Positions 22,757 to 32,355 of a stretch of 64,000 nt of DNA are shown here, piece by piece. Under the pieces are notes generated by a model. That model saw nothing but the letters and a program-made list of their open reading frames with translations. It made no database searches and had not been told where the DNA came from. The position numbers and the translations under genes are program-made. The stretch spans positions 264,549-328,548 of the forward strand of contig JAGNLM010000001.1 of the NCBI GenBank assembly GCA_017999615.1, read 5' to 3'. The stretch comes from Gammaproteobacteria bacterium. Lineage in GTDB: Bacteria > Pseudomonadota > Gammaproteobacteria > JAABTG01. Numbering within the stretch: the stretch's first letter is position 1; each line of letters begins with the position of its first letter.

Positions 22757-24022
22757 ATGAAGGGCGTCGTCCCGCCGCGGCCGCGAAGCGACCCGAGCCC
22801 CATGCCCATACCTGCACCCGCATCCGCACCCGCACCCGTACCGACACCTGCCGTGACGCCTGCCCCCGGCACCCCGCCGGCCCCCGCGCGCCGGGTCCAG
22901 GAAGGCCGTCCGCCCTGCGAGATCCGGCGCGCGTCGCTCGCGGACGCGCCGGCCCTGGTGGCCATCGAGCAGGCGACCTTCAAGGGCGACCGGATCAGCC
23001 GGCGGCAATTCCGCTACCTGTTGGCCCGTGGCAACTCGGAGACGCTCGTCTGCGAGCGCGACGGCCGGCTCGTCGCGTACGTCCTGGTGCTGTTCTCGAA
23101 GGCCACTTCCACGGCCCGGCTGTACTCCATCGCCGTCATGCCCGAGTACGGTGGCCAGGGCATCGGGCGGGCCCTCGTGGGAGCGGCCGAGGCGGCGGCG
23201 CAGAGCCGGGAGCGGGCCTACATGCGCCTGGAGATCCGCCGCGACAACGCCCCGTCGCGAGGTCTCTTCGAGTCGTTGGGATACCGCGAGCTCGGGGTCT
23301 ACGACGATTACTATGAGGACCACATGCAGGCCGTGCGCTACGAGAAGTCGCTCGCGCCGCACCTGAACCCGGACCTCGGTCGCGTCCCCTATTACGAGCA
23401 GACGCTCGACTTCACCTGCGGGGCCTCCTCGCTGATGATGGCGATGAAGGCGATCTCGCCCCCGCTGCCGCTCGACCGCACGCTGGAGCTGCGGATCTGG
23501 CGCGAGGCCACGACCATCTTCATGACCTCGGGGCACGGCGGGTGCGGACCGTACGGGCTCGCCCTGTCGGCCCTGCGCCGGGGATTCCGCGTCGAGGTCT
23601 TCGTCAACGACGAGGGCGTGCCGCTGGTCGACTCGGTCCGCAGCCCCGAGAAGAAGGAGGTCATGCGCCTGGTCCACGAGGACTTCATCGGGGAGTGCCG
23701 GCGCCGCGGCATCCCCATCCAGCACGGCACGCTCTCGGTCGCCGAGCTGCGCGAGCGATTCCGGGCCGGCGGGATCCCGCTGGTGCTGATCAGCTCGTAC
23801 CGCATCTACGAGGAGAAGTTTCCCCACTGGGTCGTGGTCACCGGGTTCGACGACCACTTCGTGTACGCCCACGACCCCTACGTCGACTACGCGGAGGGCG
23901 AGCGCCAGGTCGACAGCATCAACATGCCGATCCCCCACCGGGAGTTCGCGCACATGGCCCGCTACGGGCGCGCGGGCCTGCAGGCGGTGGTGATCGTTTA
24001 CCGGAACGAGGGCCATGGCTGA
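22757..24022 (+). CDS. Two-domain protein: GNAT N-acetyltransferase (RimI-like) fused to a papain-like / peptidase-C39-like cysteine peptidase domain, with a Pro/Ala-rich N-terminal leader
   Basis: GNAT: ..LVAIEQATFKGD.. and ..YSIAVMPEYGGQGIGRALVGAAEAAAQSRERAYMRLEIRRDNAPSRGLFESLGY.. (acetyl-CoA-binding Q/RxxGxG/A motif). C-domain: ..YYEQTLDFTCGASSLMMAMKAI.. (candidate catalytic Cys) and ..FPHWVVVTGFDDHFVYAHDPY.. (candidate His/Asp). The stop overlaps the next gene's ATG (ATGGCTGA). Confidence 0.7.
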   Translation: MKGVVPPRPRSDPSPMPIPAPASAPAPVPTPAVTPAPGTPPAPARRVQEGRPPCEIRRASLADAPALVAIEQATFKGDRISRRQFRYLLARGNSETLVCERDGRLVAYVLVLFSKATSTARLYSIAVMPEYGGQGIGRALVGAAEAAAQSRERAYMRLEIRRDNAPSRGLFESLGYRELGVYDDYYEDHMQAVRYEKSLAPHLNPDLGRVPYYEQTLDFTCGASSLMMAMKAISPPLPLDRTLELRIWREATTIFMTSGHGGCGPYGLALSALRRGFRVEVFVNDEGVPLVDSVRSPEKKEVMRLVHEDFIGECRRRGIPIQHGTLSVAELRERFRAGGIPLVLISSYRIYEEKFPHWVVVTGFDDHFVYAHDPYVDYAEGERQVDSINMPIPHREFAHMARYGRAGLQAVVIVYRNEGHG

Positions 24023-25496
24023 GCACGTCCTGCTGGTCGAGCACGCCTCCGATTGGAAGGCGCACTACCCGAGCCTTCCCGTCATCTCCGCGCGGGATTA
24101 CCTGAACCGCCCCGAGTGGTCGGCGCGCAAGCAGATGCGCGTCATCAACCTCTGCCGCAGCTATCGCTACCTGTCCGTCGGGTACTACTGCTCGCTGCTC
24201 GCCGAGGCCCGGGGCCACAAGGTCGTGCCCACGGTGCGCACGATCCAGGACCTCTCGCGCCGCTCCATCTACAGCCTCTCGACCGAGGACCTGGACAGCC
24301 ATGTGCAGAAGATCCTCGGCCGGCGGAAATCGACCCTGCAGCCCACCGCTTACGAGATCACGATCTGCTTCGGTCACACCGAGGTGAAGGAGCTGCGGGA
24401 CATCGCGCGGCAGATCTTCGAGGCCTTCCGCTGCCCGCTGCTGCGCGTGGAGTTCGGGCTGGTGCAGGGTGCGTGGCGGATCGACGAGGTCCGTGCGGTG
24501 CCCGTCAACACGCTCTCCCCCTCCCAGGAGCAGGGATTCTTCGCCGCGCTCGACGGCTACCTCTCGCAGCGCTGGCGCCAGCCCCGGGCGCGCCACCGGT
24601 TCAAGTACGAGCTGGCCGTGCTGCACGACCCCGACGAGTCGATGCCGCCCTCGAACGCGCAGGCTTTGAAGGGGCTCGTCGCCGCAGGGCGCGATCTCGG
24701 CGTGGACGTGGACCTGATCACCCGCAAGGACTACGGCCGGCTCGCGGAATACGACGCGCTGTTCATTCGCGAGACGACCCAGATCAACCACCACACCTAC
24801 CGCTTCGCCAAGAAGGCCGAGAGCGAGGGCATGGTGGTGCTGGACGACCCCGATTCCATCCTGCGCTGCACGAACAAGGTCTACCTCGCGGAACTGCTCC
24901 AGGCCAACCGGGTGCCGACCCCGAAGACCGAGATCGTGCGCCGCGAGAGCCTGGACGAGCTGGAAGCGGAGATCCCGTACCCCATCGTGCTGAAGATCCC
25001 GGACGGCTCGTTTTCCCGCGGGGTCTTCAAGGCCGACAACCGCGCGGAGCTGCAGCGGATCGCGGGCCGGCTGTTCAAGGACTCGGACCTGATCCTGGCC
25101 CAGGAATTCCTCTACACCGACTACGACTGGCGGGTGGGGGTCCTGTCGCGCAAGCCGATCTTCGTCTGCCGCTACTACATGTCGGAGCGGCACTGGAAGA
25201 TCGTCAACCACGACGTCAAGGGCCGCCCAAAGGAGGGCGGTTTCGAGACGCTGCGCGTGGAAGATGCCCCGCCCGAGGTCGTGAAGACGGCCCTGCGGGC
25301 GGCCAACCTGATCGGCGACGGGCTCTACGGGGTGGACCTGAAGCAGACCCACAAGGGTGTCGTGGTCATCGAGGTGAACGACAACCCGAGCATCGACGCC
25401 GGGGTCGAGGACAAGGTGCTGAAGGACGAGCTCTACCGGACCCTCATCGCCGACTTCGTGGAGCGCCTGGACCGCCGCCGCGGGGCAGGCGGCTAG
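24015..25496 (+). CDS. RimK-like ATP-grasp amidoligase with N-terminal RLAN (RimK-like ATP-grasp N-terminal) domain
   Basis: C-terminal ATP-grasp core (..IVLKIPDGSFSRGVFKADN.., ..LILAQEFLYTDYDWRVGVL.., ..GLYGVDLKQTHKGVVVIEVNDNPS..). It is preceded by a ~200-aa N-domain (MAEHVLLVEHASDWKAHYPSLPVISARDYLNRPEWSARKQMRVINLCRSYRYLSVGYYCSLLAEARGHKVVPT..) characteristic of the RLAN family. It is translationally coupled to the upstream GNAT-peptidase gene. Confidence 0.8.
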   Translation: MAEHVLLVEHASDWKAHYPSLPVISARDYLNRPEWSARKQMRVINLCRSYRYLSVGYYCSLLAEARGHKVVPTVRTIQDLSRRSIYSLSTEDLDSHVQKILGRRKSTLQPTAYEITICFGHTEVKELRDIARQIFEAFRCPLLRVEFGLVQGAWRIDEVRAVPVNTLSPSQEQGFFAALDGYLSQRWRQPRARHRFKYELAVLHDPDESMPPSNAQALKGLVAAGRDLGVDVDLITRKDYGRLAEYDALFIRETTQINHHTYRFAKKAESEGMVVLDDPDSILRCTNKVYLAELLQANRVPTPKTEIVRRESLDELEAEIPYPIVLKIPDGSFSRGVFKADNRAELQRIAGRLFKDSDLILAQEFLYTDYDWRVGVLSRKPIFVCRYYMSERHWKIVNHDVKGRPKEGGFETLRVEDAPPEVVKTALRAANLIGDGLYGVDLKQTHKGVVVIEVNDNPSIDAGVEDKVLKDELYRTLIADFVERLDRRRGAGG

Positions 25497-27754
25497 GCGG
25501 CCGACTTCAGCGGCCGGATCAGGTTGCCGAGGCCCGCGTCCTTGAGGGCCGCGTGCACCAGCAGGCGCACCGCAAACGCCTCTTCGAGCTGGAGGGCCTC
25601 CTGGAGCAGTTCGCGCGCGTGGTCCCGGGTGAAGCTGCGCACGACCCACTTGACGCGCGGCAGGCTCGAGGCCGCCATGCTCATGCTGTCCACGCCCATG
25701 CCGAGCAGGAGCAGGGCGGATGCCGGGTCGCCCGCCATCTCCCCGCACACTCCGACGCGTGTGCCGGTCCGGTGGCTCTCTTCGACCACCCAGTTGACCG
25801 TCTGGATGACCGCGGGGTGCAGGGCGTCGTAGAGCGCCGCGACGCGTGCGTTGTTGCGGTCGACCGCCAGCAGGTACTGGATCAGGTCGTTGGTGCCGAT
25901 GGACAGGAAGTCGGCCCGGCGCGCGAGCGCCGCCGTCTGCAGGGCGGCCGCGGGCACCTCCACCATCACGCCCACCGGCGGGCGCGAGACCGCGCGGCCC
26001 TCCTCGCGCAGCTCCGCGACGGTGCGGTCGACGATCGCGAGGGCCTCGTCGACCTCCCGCACGTGGCTCACCATGGGTAACAGGATCTGCAGGTTGTCGA
26101 AGGAGATGTTCGCCCGCAGCATGGCGCGCAGCTGGGTGTGGAAGATCTCGGGCTGGTCGAGGGTGATCCGTATCCCTCGCCAGCCGAGGAACGGGTTGTC
26201 TTCCTCGATGGCGAAGTAGGGCAGGGTCTTGTCGCCGCCGACGTCGAGCGTGCGCATCACCACCGGCCTCGGGGCGAGCGCGGCCAGCACGTGGCGGTAG
26301 TTGCGGAACAGCTCCTCCTCGCTCGGGAAGGCGTGGCGGATCATGTAGGGGAACTCGGTGCGGTAGAGCCCGACCCCTTCGGCGCCGCTCTCGAGGCCCA
26401 GTTGGATGTCGGCCACCAGTCCCGTGTTGACCTGGAGCTCCACCGAGTGGCCGTCGGGGGTGCGCGCGGGCAGGTCCCTCAGCTCGCGCAGCCCCGCGGC
26501 CAGGACCTCCTCGTCCCGCAGCAGGCGCTCGAATTCCACCACCACCCGGCGGTGCGGGCGCACGTAGACCCGTCCCTGGTAGCCGTCGACGACGACCGGC
26601 GCGCCGTCGATGCGTCCGATGGGCAGGTCGCCGAGGCCCATCACCGCCGGCACGCCGAGGGCGCGGGCCAGTATCGCGGTGTGGGAGAGCACCGAGCCGC
26701 GGCTGCAGAGCACACCGGCCAACCGGCCGGCAGGGACCTCCGCGAGGTCCGCCGCGGTGATCTCCTCGCCCACCAGCACGCAGCGCTCGGGGTAGCGGCG
26801 CGGCTCCCGGGCCTCGGACTGCAGGGCCACCAGCACGCGCCGGCCGATGTCGCGCAGGTCGCCGGCGCGCGTGCGCAGATACTCGTCGTTCATCTGCTCG
26901 AAGGCCCGCACGTGCTCCATCACCGTGTCGCGCCAGGCGGCCGGGGCCCAGCTCCCGGCGCGGATGCGGCGCACGGTGGGCTCCACCAGCTGCTTGCTGT
27001 CGAGCAGGAGGGCGAAGACGTCGAACAGTGAGCGCTCCTCCCGGGGCAGGAGGGTGGACATGCGGTCGCCCAGGCTGCGCAGCTCGTCCTGGACCCGCTC
27101 GACCGCGGTGAGGAACAGCTCGGCCTCGGCGTTGGGGTCCGTCGCCGGGCGGTCGGGCACGTCCGAGAGACGGGCGAGGGGATGGCTGACGGCGACGGTC
27201 CCGATGGCGACGCCCGGGGCCCCGGCAACGCCCTGCACGAAGCTCGTGCCCACCCCGATCCTGCCAATCCCGCCGGTGGTGCGTGCGGACCGGATCGCGC
27301 CGGCGAGCTGCGCGGCGACCGCCACCATGAACGCCGCCTCACTGGGATTGAACAGGCGGTGCCCGCGCTGCTGGGCGACCAGCACGCCCAGGACTTCCCG
27401 GTAGTGGACGATGGGCACGCCGAGGAAGCCGTGAAAGCGTTCCTCGCAAGTCTGGGGACAGGGCACGTAGCGGGGGTGGGCCCCGGCGTTCTCCAGGTTG
27501 ACCGGCTCCTTGCGCTCGGCGACGAATCCGACCAGGCCCTCGCCCGGCGCCAGGCGAACCCGCCCCTCGCAGCCGGGGGGGAGTCCTTCGGTCGCCATCA
27601 GGACCATCTCGCCGCTGGCGTCGTCGCGCAGGAACACCGCGCAGGCGTCCACCTCGAGGGCCTCCCTGACCTGGTGCACGATCAGGGGCAACGCTTCGTC
27701 GAGGTTTTCGGCTGTGGAGACGTCCTGGACCAGGCGGCGGAGGGGCTCGAGCAT
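25493..27754 (-). CDS. ptsP: Phosphoenolpyruvate-protein phosphotransferase PtsP (EI-Ntr; GAF + Enzyme I domains)
   Basis: N-terminal GAF (MLEPLRRLVQDVSTAENLDEALPLIVHQVREALEVDACAVFLRDD..), then EI (..GGRTSHAAILARALGIPAV-like ..SHTAILARALGVPAVMG.., ..CGEMAGDP..). 753 aa. Confidence 0.9.
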   Translation of the reverse strand: MLEPLRRLVQDVSTAENLDEALPLIVHQVREALEVDACAVFLRDDASGEMVLMATEGLPPGCEGRVRLAPGEGLVGFVAERKEPVNLENAGAHPRYVPCPQTCEERFHGFLGVPIVHYREVLGVLVAQQRGHRLFNPSEAAFMVAVAAQLAGAIRSARTTGGIGRIGVGTSFVQGVAGAPGVAIGTVAVSHPLARLSDVPDRPATDPNAEAELFLTAVERVQDELRSLGDRMSTLLPREERSLFDVFALLLDSKQLVEPTVRRIRAGSWAPAAWRDTVMEHVRAFEQMNDEYLRTRAGDLRDIGRRVLVALQSEAREPRRYPERCVLVGEEITAADLAEVPAGRLAGVLCSRGSVLSHTAILARALGVPAVMGLGDLPIGRIDGAPVVVDGYQGRVYVRPHRRVVVEFERLLRDEEVLAAGLRELRDLPARTPDGHSVELQVNTGLVADIQLGLESGAEGVGLYRTEFPYMIRHAFPSEEELFRNYRHVLAALAPRPVVMRTLDVGGDKTLPYFAIEEDNPFLGWRGIRITLDQPEIFHTQLRAMLRANISFDNLQILLPMVSHVREVDEALAIVDRTVAELREEGRAVSRPPVGVMVEVPAAALQTAALARRADFLSIGTNDLIQYLLAVDRNNARVAALYDALHPAVIQTVNWVVEESHRTGTRVGVCGEMAGDPASALLLLGMGVDSMSMAASSLPRVKWVVRSFTRDHARELLQEALQLEEAFAVRLLVHAALKDAGLGNLIRPLKSAA

Positions 27755-27872
27755 CTGGGCGGTCGGTGGCGGGTGGTCCCCTGTTCTCCTGTAACGGCCA
27801 TGATAGCGCGCGCTTCAGAGCCGGTCGCGGAAAAAAACCGCCGCCTCCGTGCGCCCGGGTACACTGCCTCTC

Positions 27873-29597
27873 ATGCCCCAGGTCGATGACGTCAGCCCCG
27901 TGCTCGCCCGGATCCGGGAGCTTCCGCCGGCGCTCGCCAACCAGATCGCCGCCGGGGAAGTGGTCGAGCGGCCGGCCTCGGTGGTGAAGGAACTCCTCGA
28001 GAACAGCCTGGACGCCGGGGCGCGGCGCATCGAGGTCGAGGTCGAGGACGCCGGGGTGCGCCTGCTGCGTGTGCGGGACGACGGCGTTGGGATTCACCCG
28101 GAGGACCTGGCACTCGCGCTCTCGCGGCACGCCACGAGCAAGGTCCGCACGGCGGAAGACCTCCTGCGGGTGGGGAGCCTCGGTTTCCGCGGCGAGGCCC
28201 TGGCGAGCGTCGCCTCCGTCTCCCGCTTCACGCTCGCGTCGCGGGCCGCGGGCCAGGAGCGGGGCTGGCAGGTGCGGGTCGACTCCGGCGGTCCCCTCGA
28301 GGGGCCCTTCCCCGTCGCCCACCCCCCGGGCACGACCGTCGAGGTCCGGGACCTCTTCCACAATGTCCCGGCGCGGCGCAAGTTCCTGAAGAGCGAGCGC
28401 ACAGAGACCGCCCACGTGGAAGAGGCCGTGCGCCGGCTCGCGCTCGCCCGTTTCGAGGTGGGTCTGCGCCTGCGCGTCGACCGGCGGGAGGTGCTCGACC
28501 TGCGGCCTGCGGCGGGTGAGCCCGGGCGGGCGCGGCGGGTCGCGGCCGTCTGCGGCGCCGCTTTCCTGGAGGGGGCACTCGAGGTCGATTTCCCGTGGGA
28601 GGGGATGCGCCTGTCCGGCTGGCTCGGTCTGCCCGAGTCGGCGCGCAGCCAGGCGGACGTCCAGTATCTCTTCCTGAACGGGCGCCCGGTGCGGGACCGG
28701 GTGCTGGTGCACGCCCTGCGCGAGGTCTATCAGGATCGGGTTTACCCGGGCCGCCACCCCGCCTACGTGCTGTACCTCTCGGTGGACCCCGAAGAGGTCG
28801 ACGTCAACGTGCACCCGACCAAGCAGGAGGTGAGGTTTCGTGAGCCGAGGCTGGTCCACGACTTCCTCGTGCGGTCGGTGGCGCAGGCCCCGGACGGGGC
28901 CCCGGAACCTCGCCCGAGCGCCGGCGCGGTACTTCGCGAGCCGGCCGCGGTATACCCCCGGGGGATTCCCGAGTCCCGGCTGCGGCAGTGGGGGCCCCGG
29001 GGCGATGGCGCGCCCCCTGCGCCCCGGCGGGTTCTGGGCGTCGTCCTCGGTCGCTTCCTCCTTGCGGAGGACTCGCGGGGTCTCTCCCTGGTGGACCTCC
29101 GGGCCCTCGCCGTGCACCTGGCGCGCCGGGGGGTTGAGGCCGCGCGCGCGGCCGAGGAGCCGCCCTCCCGCCCGCTCCTGGTCCCGGTCTCGGTGACTGT
29201 CGGCCCCGAGGAAGCGCAGGCCGCGGAGGCCCTCGGGCCGCTCTGCGCCTCCATCGGGCTCGACCTGAGCCGTTCGGGGCCCGCGGTGGTGCTGGTGCGC
29301 CGGGTGCCGGCGGCGGTGCACGACGTGGACCCGGCCGGACTGGCGATGGGGGTCCTCCGGGCACTCGCGCACGCCCAGAGGTCGGCGGCGCGGGAGACCC
29401 TGCTGGGGGCCCTGGTCGACTCCGCCGCGGCGGCGGCCGGGACCGGCACCTTCTCGGCACCCGGGGACGTGGATGCGCTGCTGCGGGCGCTCGACGCCCT
29501 CCCCGCGGACGAACGCCCACCCGGGCTGGTGGCGGAGGTGACCACGCAGGACCTCGAGCGTCTCCTCGGCGCCCCCGCCGGGGGCCGCGGACCGTGA
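27873..29597 (+). CDS. mutL: DNA mismatch repair protein MutL
   Basis: ..LPPALANQIAAGEVVERPASVVKELLENSLDAGARRIEVEVEDAGVRLLRVRDDGVGI.. (GHKL ATPase motifs). The start is taken at MPQVDD; the track start at 27849 is probably an over-extension. Confidence 0.88.
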   Translation: MPQVDDVSPVLARIRELPPALANQIAAGEVVERPASVVKELLENSLDAGARRIEVEVEDAGVRLLRVRDDGVGIHPEDLALALSRHATSKVRTAEDLLRVGSLGFRGEALASVASVSRFTLASRAAGQERGWQVRVDSGGPLEGPFPVAHPPGTTVEVRDLFHNVPARRKFLKSERTETAHVEEAVRRLALARFEVGLRLRVDRREVLDLRPAAGEPGRARRVAAVCGAAFLEGALEVDFPWEGMRLSGWLGLPESARSQADVQYLFLNGRPVRDRVLVHALREVYQDRVYPGRHPAYVLYLSVDPEEVDVNVHPTKQEVRFREPRLVHDFLVRSVAQAPDGAPEPRPSAGAVLREPAAVYPRGIPESRLRQWGPRGDGAPPAPRRVLGVVLGRFLLAEDSRGLSLVDLRALAVHLARRGVEAARAAEEPPSRPLLVPVSVTVGPEEAQAAEALGPLCASIGLDLSRSGPAVVLVRRVPAAVHDVDPAGLAMGVLRALAHAQRSAARETLLGALVDSAAAAAGTGTFSAPGDVDALLRALDALPADERPPGLVAEVTTQDLERLLGAPAGGRGP

Positions 29598-30550
29598 CCC
29601 CGGTCCCCCCCGGACCGGCCGCCCCGCCGGTCGTGTTCCTGATGGGGCCGACGGGCGCGGGCAAGACCGACCTGGCGGTGCACCTCGTGGAGCGCCTGGG
29701 CTGCGGGATCGTCAGTGTCGACTCGGCGCTCGTCTACCGGGGGATGGACATCGGCACGGCCAAGCCGGGCCCCGAGGTGCTGGCACGGGCCCCGCACCGG
29801 CTCATCGACCTGCGCGACCCGCGGGAGTCCTATTCGGCCGCCGAGTTCCGGCGCGATGCCCTCGACGCCATCGTGGAGGTGCGCCGGGAGGGACGGGTGC
29901 CGCTGCTCGTGGGCGGCACCGGCCTCTACTTTCGCGCGCTCGAGCGGGGGCTCTCGGCGCTGCCGCCGGCGGACCCCGAGGTGCGCCGGCGCCTCAGCGA
30001 GGAGGGCGGGGCGCTCGGCTGGCCCGCGCTCCACGCGCGGTTGGCCGCGCTCGACCCCCCGGCCGCCGCCCGCATCCACGCGAACGACCCCCAGCGCATC
30101 CAGCGTGCCCTCGAGGTCCGGGAGTTGACCGGGCGGCCGATGAGCGAGCTCCTCGCGGAATCGCCCGGTTCCGCGCTGCCCTACCGGGTCGTCAAGGTGG
30201 TGCTCGAGCCGCTTGACCGCGCAGCCCTGCACGGGCGGCTCGAGGCGCGCTTCCGGGCGATGCTGGAGGCGGGCCTCGTGGCCGAGGTGGAGCGTCTGCG
30301 GTCCCGGGGGGACCTGTCGCCGGACCTGCCGTCGATGCGCGCGGTCGGTTACCGCCAGGTGTGGGCCTTCCTGGCGGGGGAGACCGACCGGGAGACCCTG
30401 GTCGCCCGCGCCGTGGCGGCCACGCGAGGTCTCGCCAAGCGCCAGCTGACCTGGCTGCGCGGGGAGAGCGGGGCCCTGCGGGTCGACCCCTTGGACCCCG
30501 GCGCCGTGGACCTCGTCCTGGGTTTTCTCGCCCGGCAGAGCCTCTCCTGA
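29594..30550 (+). CDS. miaA: tRNA dimethylallyltransferase
   Basis: ..VVFLMGPTGAGKTDLAVHLVERLGCGIVSVDSALVYRGMDIGTAKP.. (P-loop plus the conserved DSxxxY). Its start overlaps the mutL stop. Confidence 0.9.
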   Translation: MTPVPPGPAAPPVVFLMGPTGAGKTDLAVHLVERLGCGIVSVDSALVYRGMDIGTAKPGPEVLARAPHRLIDLRDPRESYSAAEFRRDALDAIVEVRREGRVPLLVGGTGLYFRALERGLSALPPADPEVRRRLSEEGGALGWPALHARLAALDPPAAARIHANDPQRIQRALEVRELTGRPMSELLAESPGSALPYRVVKVVLEPLDRAALHGRLEARFRAMLEAGLVAEVERLRSRGDLSPDLPSMRAVGYRQVWAFLAGETDRETLVARAVAATRGLAKRQLTWLRGESGALRVDPLDPGAVDLVLGFLARQSLS

Positions 30551-30667
30551 GGCCCCCGCGCTTCTCACCCTCCGTGGCAAGAGGAGCGTTTATCCTCCTT
30601 TGGTGGTAAACTAATTGCGTGGCGCGGTTCGGACCGGCAGAAAGACAAGATACGGGGGCACGTTTCC

Positions 30668-30925
30668 ATGAGTAAGGGCCAGTCTTTGCAGGACCCGTTC
30701 CTGAACCAACTGCGCAAGGAGCGGGTGCCGGTGTCGATCTACCTGGTCAACGGCATCAAGCTGCAGGGCCAGATCGAATCGTTCGACCAGTTCGTCGTGC
30801 TGCTGCGCAACTCCGTGAACCAGATGGTCTACAAGCACGCCATTTCGACGGTGGTGCCGGCGCGCAACGTCAAGTTGCCCCGGGGTGCGGACGAGGCCTC
30901 GGAGCCGGAGGAGGAGGAGGGCTGA
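30668..30925 (+). CDS. hfq: RNA chaperone Hfq
   Basis: [64 protein letters not shown], a near-canonical Sm1/Sm2 sequence, followed by an acidic C-terminal tail. Confidence 0.95.
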   Translation: MSKGQSLQDPFLNQLRKERVPVSIYLVNGIKLQGQIESFDQFVVLLRNSVNQMVYKHAISTVVPARNVKLPRGADEASEPEEEEG

Positions 30926-30955
30926 TCACGGCGCCTGCCAGAGGGTCTCGAGCGC

Positions 30956-32212
30956 TTGTTTGAGCGACCGCGGCGGGGTGAGCGCGCGGTCCTCGTGCAC
31001 GTTCGTTTCCCGGACGGGGAGGCGCAGGGCGAGGACCTCGAGGAGTTGCGCTCCCTCGCGGTGTCGGCGGGCGTCGAGCCGGTCGCCGAGGTCAGCGGTG
31101 TGCGGGAGCGCCCCGACCCCCGCCTGTTCGTGGGCAGCGGCAAGGTCGAGGAGGTCAAGGCGGCCGTCGAGGCCTCGGGTGCCGACCTCGTACTCGTCAA
31201 TCACGCGTTGACGCCGGGCCAGGAGCGCAACCTCGAGCGCTTCCTCTCCTGCCGCACCCTCGACCGCACGGGCCTGATCCTCGACATCTTCGCCCAGCGC
31301 GCCCGCTCCTTCGAGGGCAAGCTGCAGGTCGAGCTGGCCCAGCTGCGCCACCTCTCCACCCGGCTGGTCCGCGGCTGGACCCACCTGGAGCGTCAGCGCG
31401 GCGGCATCGGCCTGCGGGGGCCTGGCGAGAAGCAGCTCGAGACGGACCGTCGCCTGATCTCGGTCCGCATCCAGCAGATCGCCCGCGAGCTCGAGCACCT
31501 GGAGCGCCAGCGCTCCCAGCAGCGGCGTGGCCGGCGCCGCGCCGAGCTGCCCACCGTGTCGCTGGTGGGCTACACGAACGCGGGGAAATCCACGCTCTTC
31601 AACCGTCTGACCGGTGCGGGCGTTCTGGTGGCCGACCAGCTCTTCGCGACCCTCGACCCGACCCTGCGCCGCCTGGACCTCCCCGGCGGCCGCGCGGTGA
31701 TCCTGGCCGACACGGTGGGCTTCATCCGCCACCTGCCCCACGACCTGGTGGCCGCCTTCCGCGCCACGCTGGAGGAGACCCGCGAGGCGGACCTGCTGCT
31801 CTCCGTGGTCGACGCCTCCGACCCGGAGCGTGAGGTGAAGGCCGAGCAGGTCCAGCGGGTGCTCGAGGAGATCGGAGCGGGGGAGGTCCCCCAGCTCGAG
31901 GTGCTCAACAAGGTCGACCGCTGCCCCGGGGTCGAGCCTCACGTGGCCCGGGACGGGGACGGGGTGCCGCGCCAGGTCTGGGTCTCGGCGACCGCGGGCC
32001 TTGGGCTCGACGCCCTGCGCGAGGCCATCGCTGAGCGCGTCCTGCCCCCGCGCAGGCGCATGAGCGTGCGCCTGCCGATGACGGCCGGCCGCATGCGGGC
32101 GAGCCTCTTCGCCTCGGGGGTGGTGGTGGGCGAGAGCGTGGGCGACGGGGAGTGGCTTCTCGAAGTGGACATGGCCCCCGCCGACCTCGAGGCCCTGCGC
32201 CGCCGCCACTGA
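30956..32212 (+). CDS. hflX: GTPase HflX
   Basis: ..RAVLVHV.. N-domain, G-domain (..VSLVGYTNAGKSTLFNRLT.., ..DTVGFI..LPHDLVAAFRATLEE..) and hfq-hflX-hflKC synteny. Confidence 0.9.
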   Translation: MFERPRRGERAVLVHVRFPDGEAQGEDLEELRSLAVSAGVEPVAEVSGVRERPDPRLFVGSGKVEEVKAAVEASGADLVLVNHALTPGQERNLERFLSCRTLDRTGLILDIFAQRARSFEGKLQVELAQLRHLSTRLVRGWTHLERQRGGIGLRGPGEKQLETDRRLISVRIQQIARELEHLERQRSQQRRGRRRAELPTVSLVGYTNAGKSTLFNRLTGAGVLVADQLFATLDPTLRRLDLPGGRAVILADTVGFIRHLPHDLVAAFRATLEETREADLLLSVVDASDPEREVKAEQVQRVLEEIGAGEVPQLEVLNKVDRCPGVEPHVARDGDGVPRQVWVSATAGLGLDALREAIAERVLPPRRRMSVRLPMTAGRMRASLFASGVVVGESVGDGEWLLEVDMAPADLEALRRRH

Positions 32213-32355
32213 GCCAATCCCCGGGGTGAGCGCCTTCCGGGCCCTCCGGCCGGCGGGCGCCGGTTGCGGCCCGGGCGGACGGGTCGATAGAATCCGAAGA
32301 CGTACGCGGCGCACAGCGCGCCGTCCGGCATCCAACGCACAGCGGAGCACACCGA

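Noticed and set aside
27339-32350. Minus-strand ORFs 27339..29372, 28763..30580 and 30926..32350
   Set aside because: Antisense to the conserved mutL, miaA and hflX genes.
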